A DNA stretch of 64,000 nt from Bacteroidales bacterium (GTDB lineage: Bacteria; Bacteroidota; Bacteroidia; Bacteroidales; UBA10428), in assembly GCA_016929525.1 (NCBI GenBank), contig JAFGIP010000048.1, positions 71,456-135,455 on the forward strand, written 5' to 3'. Within the stretch, counting starts at the first letter, position 1. Every line of letters starts with the position of its first letter. Shown here in pieces: positions 10,897 through 21,492 of the stretch. The position numbers and the translations under genes were made by a program. The notes beneath the pieces are model-generated. The model saw nothing but the letters and a program-made list of their open reading frames with translations. It was not told where the DNA came from and did not search any database.

Positions 10897-11199
10897 ATGA
10901 AGTACTTTGCACAGTTTGAATATCCAAGTGAATACAAGATGATCCTTCGCGATTCTTTCCGGGAAAATGTTTATTACGGACTTGATGACTTCGATTGTAA
11001 GTACCTGAGAATAATACTGTCGAAGTTTGGTTGTATCAATAGTTATCACACAATACCCGATAGGGTAAAAATGGAAATGGCACCCTTTGAATGGAGTGAA
11101 AAAAAGCAAAAATTTGTTTTAAATGAAGTGAAAAGGCAACCGATACAACTGAACAAACTGGAAAATATGTTCATCAGTCATTCTGTTCAATTAAACTGA
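10897..11199 (+). CDS. Hypothetical protein (100 aa)
   Basis: ORF in an intergenic gap, with TATATTTG at 10865-10872 just upstream. Confidence 0.55.
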   Translation: MKYFAQFEYPSEYKMILRDSFRENVYYGLDDFDCKYLRIILSKFGCINSYHTIPDRVKMEMAPFEWSEKKQKFVLNEVKRQPIQLNKLENMFISHSVQLN

Positions 11200-11321
11200 T
11201 TATCTGCCTATAGCCGGAAGTAGAATGTAAATATTTAACGATCTGGTATTCGTCTGGCATTTAAAAACATGAAAAAGGAGGGAAGTATTGTCTTACCGGA
11301 TAAGTTATTAACTGAAAAAAA

Positions 11322-12428
11322 TCAGTACCATCGGAAGAATCTCAGACCAAATGAGAAAAAGATAGTTCCTCCAATCATCAGAATTGCAACGGGTGTGACA
11401 ATCTGATCGAAACCGGCACCTTCTATAAAAATACTTCTCATACCATCTGCCACCATAGTTAAAGGAAGTGTCCGGAGATACGGGATCAAACTATCGGGGA
11501 AATTGTGATAACTGAAAAAGATTCCGGATAGGATCATCATTGGCATTACAACTACATTGATGAGCCCGTTACCGATCTCGGTTTTAGCTGTACGACACGA
11601 AATGAAAAATGCTAATCCTGCAAAGCCTACATTACCGGCGATAAAAATTGCAAGCAGTGCAGGAATACTTCCCTGGATTGTAATATCAAATACAAGCCAT
11701 GCAAATACGATTAGTAAAACTGCTTCGATAAAATTCATAGTCATTCGTACAGTCATTATAGAGATTAGGAAATACGATTTCTTCATGGGAGTTGCTACCA
11801 TACGGCGCAGCAATTTTTTCGAGCGTTTTTCGATCATTCCGTAACTTAATCCCCACATGGTCGACATCATAATTCCCATTGCCAGCAAACCGGGGATCAG
11901 AAAATCGATATACCGCGTACCTTTAAGGGTCAGTGGCTGAATATTTTGTGTATTTTCAATAATGACAGGGGTTCCGGTTATAAAATACTTATTCAGTTTT
12001 GTGTAGGAAAGCTGGGCATCCGGATTTAAAGGATCAAACCTGTATTCTATTTTTCCATCGTTTTCGGCAATTATAATATTTACCACACCTCTTTTAAGCG
12101 CTATCAACGCATCATGCCAGTTCATAGGTATGAATTCAAAGCTGGTATTTCCGGTTTGCATATTTTCAATTGTCATCATCCTATTTGTATCAGCATAATC
12201 TGACATATATATAATAAGCAGACTATCCAGGACTGCAGAATCATTGGTCTCGAGTACTGCAACCTTTCGTATTACCTCTTGCTTTTGTGTGAATGCTATA
12301 CCCAACCCAAGTGACATGAGAATAGGAAAGACGATGCCCCAGAAGATAATACCGGGTTCACGGATTATCTCTTTGAAATGGGAAATCAAGAGCTGTCCAA
12401 GTTGACTATATTTTTTATTCATTTTCAT
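11322..12428 (-). CDS. ABC-2 type transporter permease
   Basis: Six hydrophobic helices. Motifs YIDFLIPGLLAM and ILSGIFF typical of ABC2 membrane proteins. Overlaps the ATPase gene. Confidence 0.9.
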   Translation of the reverse strand: MKMNKKYSQLGQLLISHFKEIIREPGIIFWGIVFPILMSLGLGIAFTQKQEVIRKVAVLETNDSAVLDSLLIIYMSDYADTNRMMTIENMQTGNTSFEFIPMNWHDALIALKRGVVNIIIAENDGKIEYRFDPLNPDAQLSYTKLNKYFITGTPVIIENTQNIQPLTLKGTRYIDFLIPGLLAMGIMMSTMWGLSYGMIEKRSKKLLRRMVATPMKKSYFLISIMTVRMTMNFIEAVLLIVFAWLVFDITIQGSIPALLAIFIAGNVGFAGLAFFISCRTAKTEIGNGLINVVVMPMMILSGIFFSYHNFPDSLIPYLRTLPLTMVADGMRSIFIEGAGFDQIVTPVAILMIGGTIFFSFGLRFFRWY

Positions 12429-13356
12429 GTATGTGCCTTCCTGTTAAATCAATAAAAAGATCATCCAGTGACAATTTACGGATCTCCATATTTTCAAGGG
12501 TAAGCCCGCACGTATGAAGGTAATTCAGGAACTTCGGAAGCTGAGATTCAAATTTTATCAGTTCCAGGTTTCCCTTTTGTTTATCCATATCCCATTGTAC
12601 ATTAAAGCTGTTGTTATCCGGGAAAGCTTCCGGTTTTATCCCTTCTTCTTTTAATGTAAACTCTAAGATTTTCTTTCCTCTTTCAGTAATCAACAGCTGA
12701 TCAAGAGTTCCCTCCTTCAGAATTTTTCCGTGATCGATAATGATAATATAATCACATAGTTGCTCTGCTTCCTCCATATAATGGGTTGTGAGAATCAGAG
12801 AAGTGTTCGCTTCCTTTTTCAGTTTTTTTAGAATAGACCACACTTCGCGACGTGCTGTGGGGTCGAGTCCTGTTGTGGGTTCATCCAGTAGCAATATCTT
12901 AGGGTTGTTCAACAAAGCAATACCAAGTGCGAGACGCTGACGCTGTCCGCCGGAAAGATTTACCACATAAGACTTTCTTTTTTCATCAAGGTTCACTAAA
13001 TTAATTACCTCTTCAACACGATCTCTTCCAAGACCATAAAAGCTGGCAAACAGCGACAGGGTTTCCCTTACATTCAGCTTATCTGTGAATCGTGTTTCCT
13101 GCAGTGATAAGCCGATGATGCGATGAATTTCTTCTTCATGGTTATGCCAGGTTTTTCCGTCAATAATAATATCTCCCTTATCAGGGAACTGGATTCCCTC
13201 TATCATTTCAACCATAGTGGTTTTACCGGCACCGTTAGGGCCGAGCAATGCTAGAAACTGACCTTCCCTGACCGAGAAGCTTAAACCGTTTACAGCTTTT
13301 ACATCCTTAAACGACTTAATAACATCAACAACTTCAACAAGGGGCTGAGAAACCAT
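12415..13356 (-). CDS. ABC transporter ATP-binding protein
   Basis: Walker A GPNGAGKT, signature LSGGQ, Walker B LLLDEP, H-loop TTHY. Confidence 0.95.
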   Translation of the reverse strand: MVSQPLVEVVDVIKSFKDVKAVNGLSFSVREGQFLALLGPNGAGKTTMVEMIEGIQFPDKGDIIIDGKTWHNHEEEIHRIIGLSLQETRFTDKLNVRETLSLFASFYGLGRDRVEEVINLVNLDEKRKSYVVNLSGGQRQRLALGIALLNNPKILLLDEPTTGLDPTARREVWSILKKLKKEANTSLILTTHYMEEAEQLCDYIIIIDHGKILKEGTLDQLLITERGKKILEFTLKEEGIKPEAFPDNNSFNVQWDMDKQKGNLELIKFESQLPKFLNYLHTCGLTLENMEIRKLSLDDLFIDLTGRHIHENE

Positions 13357-13463
13357 CTTCTGCAGGATTTAACAATGACGAATTAACGCTAAAATTATGA
13401 ATTTTGTTTTGCGTTTATTATTATGTCTTCAAATTACAAAATTGTATAATGCAACCCGCTGAA

Positions 13464-13471
13464 TATATTTG
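13464..13471 (+). promoter_or_regulatory. Bacteroidota -7 promoter element
   Basis: TATATTTG upstream of the AsmA gene. Confidence 0.45.
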
Positions 13472-13605
13472 CGTCTTTCATTTTTCAGATCAATTTAATA
13501 AACTGAAACCAACTATCATGAAAGTCTTTTTTTAGGATATCTATTATAATTATCTTTAGGATCGAAACATACCTTACAAAGAGTTATCAGATAACAGTTA
13601 AACAA

Positions 13606-16600
13606 ATGAAGAAAGTATTTAAAATATTTACAATCGTCGTTGCAGGACTTCTTACACTGGTTATTTTGCTATCAGTAGTTGCAAAGATCAAAGAAAATGA
13701 GATTGCTGATATTGCACTGAAGAAAATCAGTAAATCCATTAACGCATCTCTTTTTATTGAAGATATTTCATTTAACCTTATCAGAAGGTTCCCGTTGGCT
13801 ACTGTAGAACTTGAAGGTGTATTGCTCAGTTCCCCCGGTATTATGGGCATGTCAGATACACTCATCTCCGATGATGAAACCATTGCGCAAATAAACACAG
13901 TATATGTATCAGTTAAGACCATACCCCTCTTTAAAGGCAAATTTGAAATTATGAAAGTCGAAATAAAAGGTGCGGAAATAGAATATATTGTTGACAGGTA
14001 TGGTGTAAGCAATCTCGATTTTCTCACAAAGGTACCTGAAAAAGATACCGCAGATCATGATACTGTATCCATCGGACTGAATTTATTCCTAAAAGAATTA
14101 TTATTGAAGGATATACATTGTGATTATTATGATAGTCTGAAATTAATTAATGCACAGCTGAAAATATCCAAAGCAGAAGTTACGGGTAAGATAAAAGATA
14201 ATTATTTATTTGGTTCGATAGAAGGGGAATTAAAACTAAATAACTGCGGCTATAAGGATACAAAACTAAACCTGATGAAAGAGACTGAGATAGAATTGAA
14301 TATAACCTATAAGGAAGATACTGTGGATATTCGGGAGCTGACAATTTTGACCGACGGAGCTCATTTCGATATTACAGGAAGTGCCATATTAGGTGATACA
14401 ATTGAAACTGATATCCGTATTCAGGGAACAAAAATGAATGTTGATGAATTGGCAAAGTATATACCTCAGAAGACCTTGAATAAAATAGGTTTGAAAAAAA
14501 TTTCCGGTGTACTTAATTTAGATGCTACAGCTAAAGGACCTTTTTCAGATTCATTACTACCCGAAATTGATGCGGATATTACAATTAATAATGGTTTAGT
14601 TAAATATGCAGATTATCCGGCTTTAAGAAACATTTCCCTGAATGTGCATGGCACAAACGGAAAAGAAAAGAACAATAAAACAACAAGTATAATTGTCAGA
14701 AAATTTCATGCAGAAACAGAACGGAGTAATCTCGATATATCTGCCAGTATCAGAAATCTCGATCGTATACAGTACAATATCACATCTGATATTAATATCA
14801 ATTTAGGCGATTTCACAGAATTCATACCAGATACTGTTCTGCTCGAAGCGAAGGGCCGGTTGCGTGCCATATTTAAGTCAAAAGGTATAATACCTGATTG
14901 CTTAGGAAGAGATTTTACAGATTATTTGCTTGACAGGAGCCAGCTTGACCTTACTCTAAACAATGTTTTTATTGAGTTGGATTCAACACTTACTTTTAAT
15001 TCAATATCAGGGCAAATAACATACGATCTGCATAATATAATTGCCCGTGATTTTCAACTGATCCTTCCGAAATACAAGATGAACGTTAATAACATGTCTT
15101 TCGATGCACAGTTATCGGGGAAAATTAGTGAACCTGCTGAAATGGGAATAGATATGAAGTCATATCAGATCAAAACGGACAGTTGTGCTGTTTATGGCTC
15201 ATTAAATATGAAGAATCTGAAAATACCGGAATATAGTTTAATGAGTAATATGAAAATTAACCTGGGTGAAATACACGGTATACTTCCCGATGCACTTGTT
15301 AAAGAAATGTCCGGTGAAATTACAGCACGAATTACCTCGGGAGGCAAGCTGAACCCCGATTCCATTGCCGACCAGGTAAATGATCTGGTGTTTAAAAACA
15401 GCACCTATGATATAGATTTCAGCAAGATATCAATAGAAATGCCTGATACTTTAATGAGTGTAATGGACTTAACAGGAAACGTAAATATAGAGCAAGATAC
15501 CGTCAAAATAACTAATCTCAAAGGTGTATACAATGGTGCAGATTTCGGTATAGATTCAGCAATAATTGTGAACCTGTATAATTCTGTTATTCAGAATCAG
15601 GCATCGCGACTTTACGTTGAAGGGCGTTTTAATTTGGGGGATCTCGACTATTCGATGATTGCTCCGTTTATAAAAAAAGATAAAGATGCGGATAAGGTTA
15701 AAACATTAATGGAGAATACGGAAACATTGTTAGCAGCAGCTTCTGCAAGAGCCGCAGATACAGTAATCACGACTAAAAAAGATAATGACACGGTAACTAA
15801 AAATTACACCTTTTCGATTAAAGGAAAACTTAGAGTGAAAAGTTTTACTTATAATAAGGCGGTTGCAGATAATATTTCAGCTTTGTTTAATCTTAGAGAC
15901 AGTCTGTACCTGGTAGATCAGTTTAAGTTCAACGGATTTAAAGGAAAGCATAATACATCCCTTAAATATTCAATTAAAGACGATGAAAGGACCTTATGGG
16001 TAAAGAACAAAGTTGAAGGGATGGATGTAAACCAGTTACTCCGTGATTTCGATAATTTCAGTGAATATTATAAACCTGAAATAACTTATGAAAATGTTAC
16101 CGGTATCCTTTCATCAGAAGTGCATAGCCAAATACTAATTAAAGGAGATTCATTGATTAGGAATAAGATGTATGTAAAAGGTGATGTTAAACTGGAGAAA
16201 GGTGGAATTTATAATTATCCGCCATTAAAAGAAATGGAACCCTACCTGCCGGGTATAGATAATCTCAATAAGCTCGAGTTTAAAACTATTAACAGTAACA
16301 TATTTGTATTTCAGGACGCAATTTATGTACCCACAACATTGGTAGTTAGCAATAAACTTGATGCGCAGGCACTGGGAATGCAAGGTTTTGGTGAAGATTA
16401 TTCTTACCATTTCATGGTATTTTTAAGCGATTTGCTAACGGGAAAGTCGGATAGAATTACCAAGAAACAAGATAAAGGTGGCGATGACATCGCCGATGAC
16501 GGCCGTAAAGGTACACGGGTCAGATCATATAGTGAGAAAGGTAAACGCCGCAGTGGGTTGGATAGTGAAAAGAACTGGAAAGAAATGGAAAGAAAAGTAA

Positions 16601-16671
16601 AAGCAAGTGAAGCGCTTTTAAATTTGAGGTTTCACCCTCACATAGTAAATTATAATACCGGGGTGGAATAA
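13606..16671 (+). CDS. AsmA family protein
   Basis: N-terminal anchor, IRRFPLATVELEGV AsmA-like start, long beta-rich body, LEF..INSNIFV…IYVP C-terminal region. Confidence 0.75.
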   Translation: MKKVFKIFTIVVAGLLTLVILLSVVAKIKENEIADIALKKISKSINASLFIEDISFNLIRRFPLATVELEGVLLSSPGIMGMSDTLISDDETIAQINTVYVSVKTIPLFKGKFEIMKVEIKGAEIEYIVDRYGVSNLDFLTKVPEKDTADHDTVSIGLNLFLKELLLKDIHCDYYDSLKLINAQLKISKAEVTGKIKDNYLFGSIEGELKLNNCGYKDTKLNLMKETEIELNITYKEDTVDIRELTILTDGAHFDITGSAILGDTIETDIRIQGTKMNVDELAKYIPQKTLNKIGLKKISGVLNLDATAKGPFSDSLLPEIDADITINNGLVKYADYPALRNISLNVHGTNGKEKNNKTTSIIVRKFHAETERSNLDISASIRNLDRIQYNITSDININLGDFTEFIPDTVLLEAKGRLRAIFKSKGIIPDCLGRDFTDYLLDRSQLDLTLNNVFIELDSTLTFNSISGQITYDLHNIIARDFQLILPKYKMNVNNMSFDAQLSGKISEPAEMGIDMKSYQIKTDSCAVYGSLNMKNLKIPEYSLMSNMKINLGEIHGILPDALVKEMSGEITARITSGGKLNPDSIADQVNDLVFKNSTYDIDFSKISIEMPDTLMSVMDLTGNVNIEQDTVKITNLKGVYNGADFGIDSAIIVNLYNSVIQNQASRLYVEGRFNLGDLDYSMIAPFIKKDKDADKVKTLMENTETLLAAASARAADTVITTKKDNDTVTKNYTFSIKGKLRVKSFTYNKAVADNISALFNLRDSLYLVDQFKFNGFKGKHNTSLKYSIKDDERTLWVKNKVEGMDVNQLLRDFDNFSEYYKPEITYENVTGILSSEVHSQILIKGDSLIRNKMYVKGDVKLEKGGIYNYPPLKEMEPYLPGIDNLNKLEFKTINSNIFVFQDAIYVPTTLVVSNKLDAQALGMQGFGEDYSYHFMVFLSDLLTGKSDRITKKQDKGGDDIADDGRKGTRVRSYSEKGKRRSGLDSEKNWKEMERKVKASEALLNLRFHPHIVNYNTGVE

Positions 16672-16797
16672 GGTTATTTTTGGCAAATAAATTGTAAATA
16701 TTGTTTTTCTGTTATTTTTAAATAAAGAAGTACCTTTGTATCAGTATTCGAAAAAAACAGTCTAATTTTGAATTTAATCAGCAACAAAATAGTAGAA

Positions 16798-17139
16798 ATG
16801 AATAAGAAAATTATTTTATTAACCGCTATTATTTTAGGAATTCTTATAACAACATGGTACAGTTGTGAATCGGATCCTAAAGAGACCTGCCAACAGGATG
16901 AAATCTGCGATGGTCATATGGTAACCGCATGCTGCACAGATAATGAATGTGTTTATTACTATAACGGACGAGAATATACCGAAGATGATTTAGATGATTT
17001 GGCGGTAGATCTTGGTTGTAGTTCAGTGATCGCTGCAATAGATTCTGAAAGTCAGGAAAAAGCACTTTCAGAAGTTATAGAGAGGCTAAAAGATTTAATG
17101 GCTAAAACCCGGGAGCTGAAAGAAACAGGTAAGAAGTAA
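16798..17139 (+). CDS. Small Cys-rich lipoprotein
   Basis: ATG at 16798 after TACCTTTG (16731-16738). Signal peptide ends in WYSC. Six further Cys. Confidence 0.7.
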   Translation: MNKKIILLTAIILGILITTWYSCESDPKETCQQDEICDGHMVTACCTDNECVYYYNGREYTEDDLDDLAVDLGCSSVIAAIDSESQEKALSEVIERLKDLMAKTRELKETGKK

Positions 17140-17161
17140 AATGTAATTAATATAAATTATC

Positions 17162-17190
17162 AAACCTGTCTGATTGCTGCAGGCAGGTTT
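17162..17190. terminator. Bidirectional terminator hairpin
   Basis: AAACCTGTCTG/CAGGCAGGTTT between convergent genes. Confidence 0.6.
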
Positions 17191-17232
17191 AATATTATTT
17201 GTTCTCGAAATTTTACTTTAAATCAGGTAATA

Positions 17233-17778
17233 TTATTTTTCGGATAAAGAAAACAGCTTCTTTTTTTTCAGTTGTTTTTTAAGTTCGCTTTCAAGTCTTT
17301 CTCCTCGGGGATTTATGGCAACTACAAATCCGTCCCCGTCAATTAAATAGCAATAAGGTACAGCCTTTACATTGTATAATAAAGCTGCTTCATTACGCCA
17401 TCCCTTTAAATCACTTACATGATAGGGCCAGCCCAGACTATCTTTTCTGACAGCATTTTCCCAGGCTTTTTTGTTCATATCCATGGAAACACTAAATACA
17501 GTGAAACATTCTCCATTTTTAAAATTCTCATCTTTATACTTATGATATGCATCAACAATCAAGGGGTTCTCTCTGCGACATGGAGCACACCACGATGCCC
17601 AGAAGTCAATCAATACCATTTTACCTCGTAAAGAAGAAAGTCTTAATTCTTCTCCATTTAATGATTCCTGAATAATATCAGGCGCTTCCTGCCCGATCTT
17701 CAGTTCCTGTCCGATAAGGTTTCCCACTGAAATGATCATTACCATTACAACTGCGATGTGCTTCATCTTCTTTATCAT
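17233..17778 (-). CDS. TlpA family disulfide reductase
   Basis: LIDFWASWCAPCRRENP thioredoxin-like motif and signal peptide. Confidence 0.9.
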   Translation of the reverse strand: MIKKMKHIAVVMVMIISVGNLIGQELKIGQEAPDIIQESLNGEELRLSSLRGKMVLIDFWASWCAPCRRENPLIVDAYHKYKDENFKNGECFTVFSVSMDMNKKAWENAVRKDSLGWPYHVSDLKGWRNEAALLYNVKAVPYCYLIDGDGFVVAINPRGERLESELKKQLKKKKLFSLSEK

Positions 17779-18088
17779 TTTATTTATTTTTCTTCTTATT
17801 ACTAATTACTACAAGTTATCTTACAATCAATTTCACTACAATTTAATCATAATTACAAAATTAATACATATACTATTCCAAAGGTTTTAAATAGATAAAC
17901 ACATCTAAAAGCTCATCGCAGTGTATCCCAGATAACTGGATTTACAGGAGTTGCTATTTCGTTTATATCTAATTCAGGTAGGATAAAACGAAACACATCT
18001 TTTAAGATATTTTAAGAAAGTAATTGAAATTATTTTATGGAATTTCTCGTTATAAGCATCCTACATTAAATCATAAATAATAAATGGC

Positions 18089-19297
18089 ATGAATAACATA
18101 AAAAGGAGTTTATTCTATTTTGCAGTAATTATCAGCATTGCATCGTTCACACTTATTGTAGCATTTACTATTAAGGCTGCAGATTCATCAACAGATAAAC
18201 GTGCTCCGAAAATTAGCGATACGTTATTAAGTTCAAAAGAATTTCCTTATGAAATAGGAAAATCTCATTCATTTAAAAACCTGCAGCTATTTTTTCTTTC
18301 AACCGAAAGCGGTATTATAGATAAGGAGTATATCACTTTGTCGGAAGCAATGGAAAGAAATTATATTACCGTTTTTGAAACCGAAAATGTTAATCAGCTG
18401 GTTGTTGAAAATCATAGCGGAAACTTTATATTTATCTGTTCAGGAGAGATAGTTAAAGGAGGAAAACAAGACCGGACAATAGGTAAAGACATCATACTGC
18501 CACCGAAATCGGGGAAAGTACCATTAGCCAGTTTATGTGTGGAATCGGGAAGATGGCACCAGAGAGAAGATGAAGCAGATGTTGCTTTTAGCTCCAGTAA
18601 ATATGCATTATCATCGAGAGATCTTAAAGTAGCAGCTAAGAAAAGTAAAAGCCAGAGTGAAGTCTGGGACAAAGTAAGCAGGCAGCAGAGTAAAGTAAAC
18701 GAAAGCATGGTATCAAATTATGAATACGACGACTCATTTGATGTAAAAGATGAAGTTTCAGAATCAAGCTTGCAGCTAACACTTGAAAACAAAGAACTCC
18801 AAAAGGTCAAATCGGAGTACGAAGCCTATTTTAATAAAGTGGGCAGTGATAACAAACAGTCTGTTGGTTTTGTATATGCCATCAATGGCGAGATATACGG
18901 CATAGACATATATCATAATTATAAGTTGTTCAATGATTTATGGCCAAAAATGTTGGATGCTGTGATCGTTGAGGCAATTTCTGAGCTCAAAAAAGAACAG
19001 GAAATCAAATATATTGACAGAAGCAGCATTATTGCAATGATAAATGATTTTGCAAAAGAGAAAGCAGAAATTGACAAAGAAGAAATTAATTCCGAGACAA
19101 CATATATTATAACAAGCACAGATAATTTGCTAAAGTTTGAAACCCTGGATAAAAGGGAGGAAAATATGTTACTGCATCTTAATTATGTAAGCGTTGATTC
19201 GGACTATACAACACCAAAATCGCACAGAAGTATTCAAAACAATCTGTATTTAGATGAAGAAAATATACAGATTCAGCAATACAGAAACACTGAATAA
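18089..19297 (+). CDS. ARPP-1/DUF6569-like protein with N-terminal membrane or signal segment
   Basis: Motifs LVVEN…GEIVKGGKQDR, LCVESGRW, SQSEVW..V, GFVYAINGEI, recognised by eye. Confidence 0.65.
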   Translation: MNNIKRSLFYFAVIISIASFTLIVAFTIKAADSSTDKRAPKISDTLLSSKEFPYEIGKSHSFKNLQLFFLSTESGIIDKEYITLSEAMERNYITVFETENVNQLVVENHSGNFIFICSGEIVKGGKQDRTIGKDIILPPKSGKVPLASLCVESGRWHQREDEADVAFSSSKYALSSRDLKVAAKKSKSQSEVWDKVSRQQSKVNESMVSNYEYDDSFDVKDEVSESSLQLTLENKELQKVKSEYEAYFNKVGSDNKQSVGFVYAINGEIYGIDIYHNYKLFNDLWPKMLDAVIVEAISELKKEQEIKYIDRSSIIAMINDFAKEKAEIDKEEINSETTYIITSTDNLLKFETLDKREENMLLHLNYVSVDSDYTTPKSHRSIQNNLYLDEENIQIQQYRNTE

Positions 19298-19563
19298 TTT
19301 CACTTATTAACTTGCGGGTTTTTATATGTAGACTGATCAGTGATATAATATCACAACAACAATTTTACCAGGGTACAATGGTGATAACCCTTCTGAAAGG
19401 AATATTAATGATACTTACCTTTTTCCCAGGGTGTTTTCATGTGTTTTAGGTTAGGAGAGAGACCTTTAATCAAAGAATACAGTTAACTGCTAACAGTCTT
19501 CTCAGATAACTTGTTATCCTTCATTTTTCTGCATACTTGTTTGAAAATATAATAAAAAAAACA

Positions 19564-19588
19564 GAGGTTGCAGTCAGCATGCAACCTC
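19564..19588 (-). terminator. Intrinsic terminator of the GH5 gene
   Basis: GAGGTTGCA/TGCAACCTC stem with an adjacent A run (U tract on the minus strand). Confidence 0.65.
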
Positions 19589-19622
19589 CGTTTATATTGA
19601 AATCTCATATATATAATCCGGA

Positions 19623-21134
19623 CTAAAAAGTTGTTAGTCCGGTGGCATAGGTTGATAATATATCTGCAAGTGTTGTATTCTCTGTGGTAGTCATACTGCT
19701 CCATGCTGATCTGATTTCACTTTCAGTTGCGGTGTAGATATTAATATTGCTTGTTGAGCTGTGGTAGATTCCCCAATTACCATATGATGCCTGTACCTTA
19801 TAGCTCCAGCTTGTCCAGTGAACCCCGTATGAATTTATAAGAGCCATACCCTCTTCCCAGGCTGCCGGGTTATTAAAAAAGCAGAACTCACCCATCAGGT
19901 TAGGTACATTATAATTATCGTCATAATTCCTTATATTGTTTAATTTCCTTGTCATACTGCTTATCTGCTCACCATTTACATTATCATAATCGCTGAACTG
20001 GTAATTATGATATTCATACATAACATTTGTCCACCCATAGGTTGAAGGATTTGGCAAATCCCACGGATCCCATGTAGCTTCCATGATGATCATATGATTC
20101 GGGTCTATAGCACGAATTCTGCTATAAGCTTCATCATAAATAGAAAACAGCAGATTATGCAAAGCGGTTTCTCCTATACTCGAACTATAGCGGTAAGTAC
20201 AAAAAGGTTCATTTAACAGATCGTACCCAGCTACAGCATTTTCATCGGCATAACGATCTGCGATCTCTTCCCATATCTCATAAAACTTTGCCTGGTTGGA
20301 AACAGCATTTTCACCAAAGAAAAATTCAGATGCTTCTTCTTTTGAATCACCACCATCGATACCGGAATGGTCACTGCCGTTCTGTGAACCCGGCGCACCG
20401 TGCATATCCAGGATAACGTAGATTTCACGCTCATCACATTCCTCAACAATCCAGTCAAGTCGATCAAAAGCATCATACTTCCACTGATAACTGTCATAGT
20501 AAATTAAATTCATAAAAGTAAAGGGAACACGAACACAGTTGAAACCTAATTCCTGAATATTGTCAAGATCGTCTTCTGTGATCCAGTTCTCTTCCCATAT
20601 ATCTATCAGGTCTTCGGTCACAGATGGACCAAACCTCTCATTCAGTGTTTCTAACATTTCCAACTGGCAACCAGCGGTATTTCCTGTCATCCAGTCTTCC
20701 TGTACCAGCCAGCTGCCTGCATTTGTACCCCGAAGCATTATGGTATCACCCTCTTCATTAACAACTCTATTACCTTCAGCTCTTAATAAGCTAAGTACAG
20801 AAGGAACATCATTTTCAACATAAACCTGGCAGTTTGCACTTCTTCCTTGTGTGGTAATCGCTGATACTGTTGTCGAACCTTCAGACAGGGCTATTACGAG
20901 TCCGGTTTCATTTACACTGGCAATGCTTGAGTTCGATGATTCCCATGCAACACTATTATCGGATCCATCATCAGGTACTATAGTTATTGTTAATCTGACA
21001 GAGTCTCCAACAGATAAATCCAGGCGACTTTGACTCATGATTACTGTATAGTTTGTACTATTAGTATCCTCTTTCTTACAATTCTGGAGTGTAATGAGTG
21101 AAATAAATATTATAAGATGAATAAAATATCTCAT
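19623..21134 (-). CDS. Glycoside hydrolase family 5 lipoprotein with Ig-like (Big_2) domain
   Basis: Lipobox LQNC. Big_2 motif WESSNSSIASVNETGLVIALSEG. GH5 motifs DMHGAPGSQNG, LLNEP (acid/base), YEYHNY, MGEF (nucleophile). Confidence 0.88.
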   Translation of the reverse strand: MRYFIHLIIFISLITLQNCKKEDTNSTNYTVIMSQSRLDLSVGDSVRLTITIVPDDGSDNSVAWESSNSSIASVNETGLVIALSEGSTTVSAITTQGRSANCQVYVENDVPSVLSLLRAEGNRVVNEEGDTIMLRGTNAGSWLVQEDWMTGNTAGCQLEMLETLNERFGPSVTEDLIDIWEENWITEDDLDNIQELGFNCVRVPFTFMNLIYYDSYQWKYDAFDRLDWIVEECDEREIYVILDMHGAPGSQNGSDHSGIDGGDSKEEASEFFFGENAVSNQAKFYEIWEEIADRYADENAVAGYDLLNEPFCTYRYSSSIGETALHNLLFSIYDEAYSRIRAIDPNHMIIMEATWDPWDLPNPSTYGWTNVMYEYHNYQFSDYDNVNGEQISSMTRKLNNIRNYDDNYNVPNLMGEFCFFNNPAAWEEGMALINSYGVHWTSWSYKVQASYGNWGIYHSSTSNINIYTATESEIRSAWSSMTTTENTTLADILSTYATGLTTF

Positions 21135-21492
21135 AGTTTAGAATGTTAATTTTCAATTACTTAAAAATTTTGAATGATTCCGGTCTAAAGATAATCATAA
21201 TCCGGGTAATACCTTTAATGAAGTGTTTGCATATAATTAATAAAACGATATAACTCAGTTTTGTTACAGTGAATGACATAATAAGAAATCTACTTAAATA
21301 GCAACGGATAGCTCACACTTTTAAAATTTATATTTTGAGTAATACCTTAATGTTAATTACCGCAGTTCATAATAAAATCATTAAAAATAATTTTAAGTTA
21401 TGAGAGAAATAATTATACATGAACAAATAATAATTTAAGATGTTTTTATCTTCAAATGCAGGTACCTAAGCTTGTGATCTAAATCTAAACTC

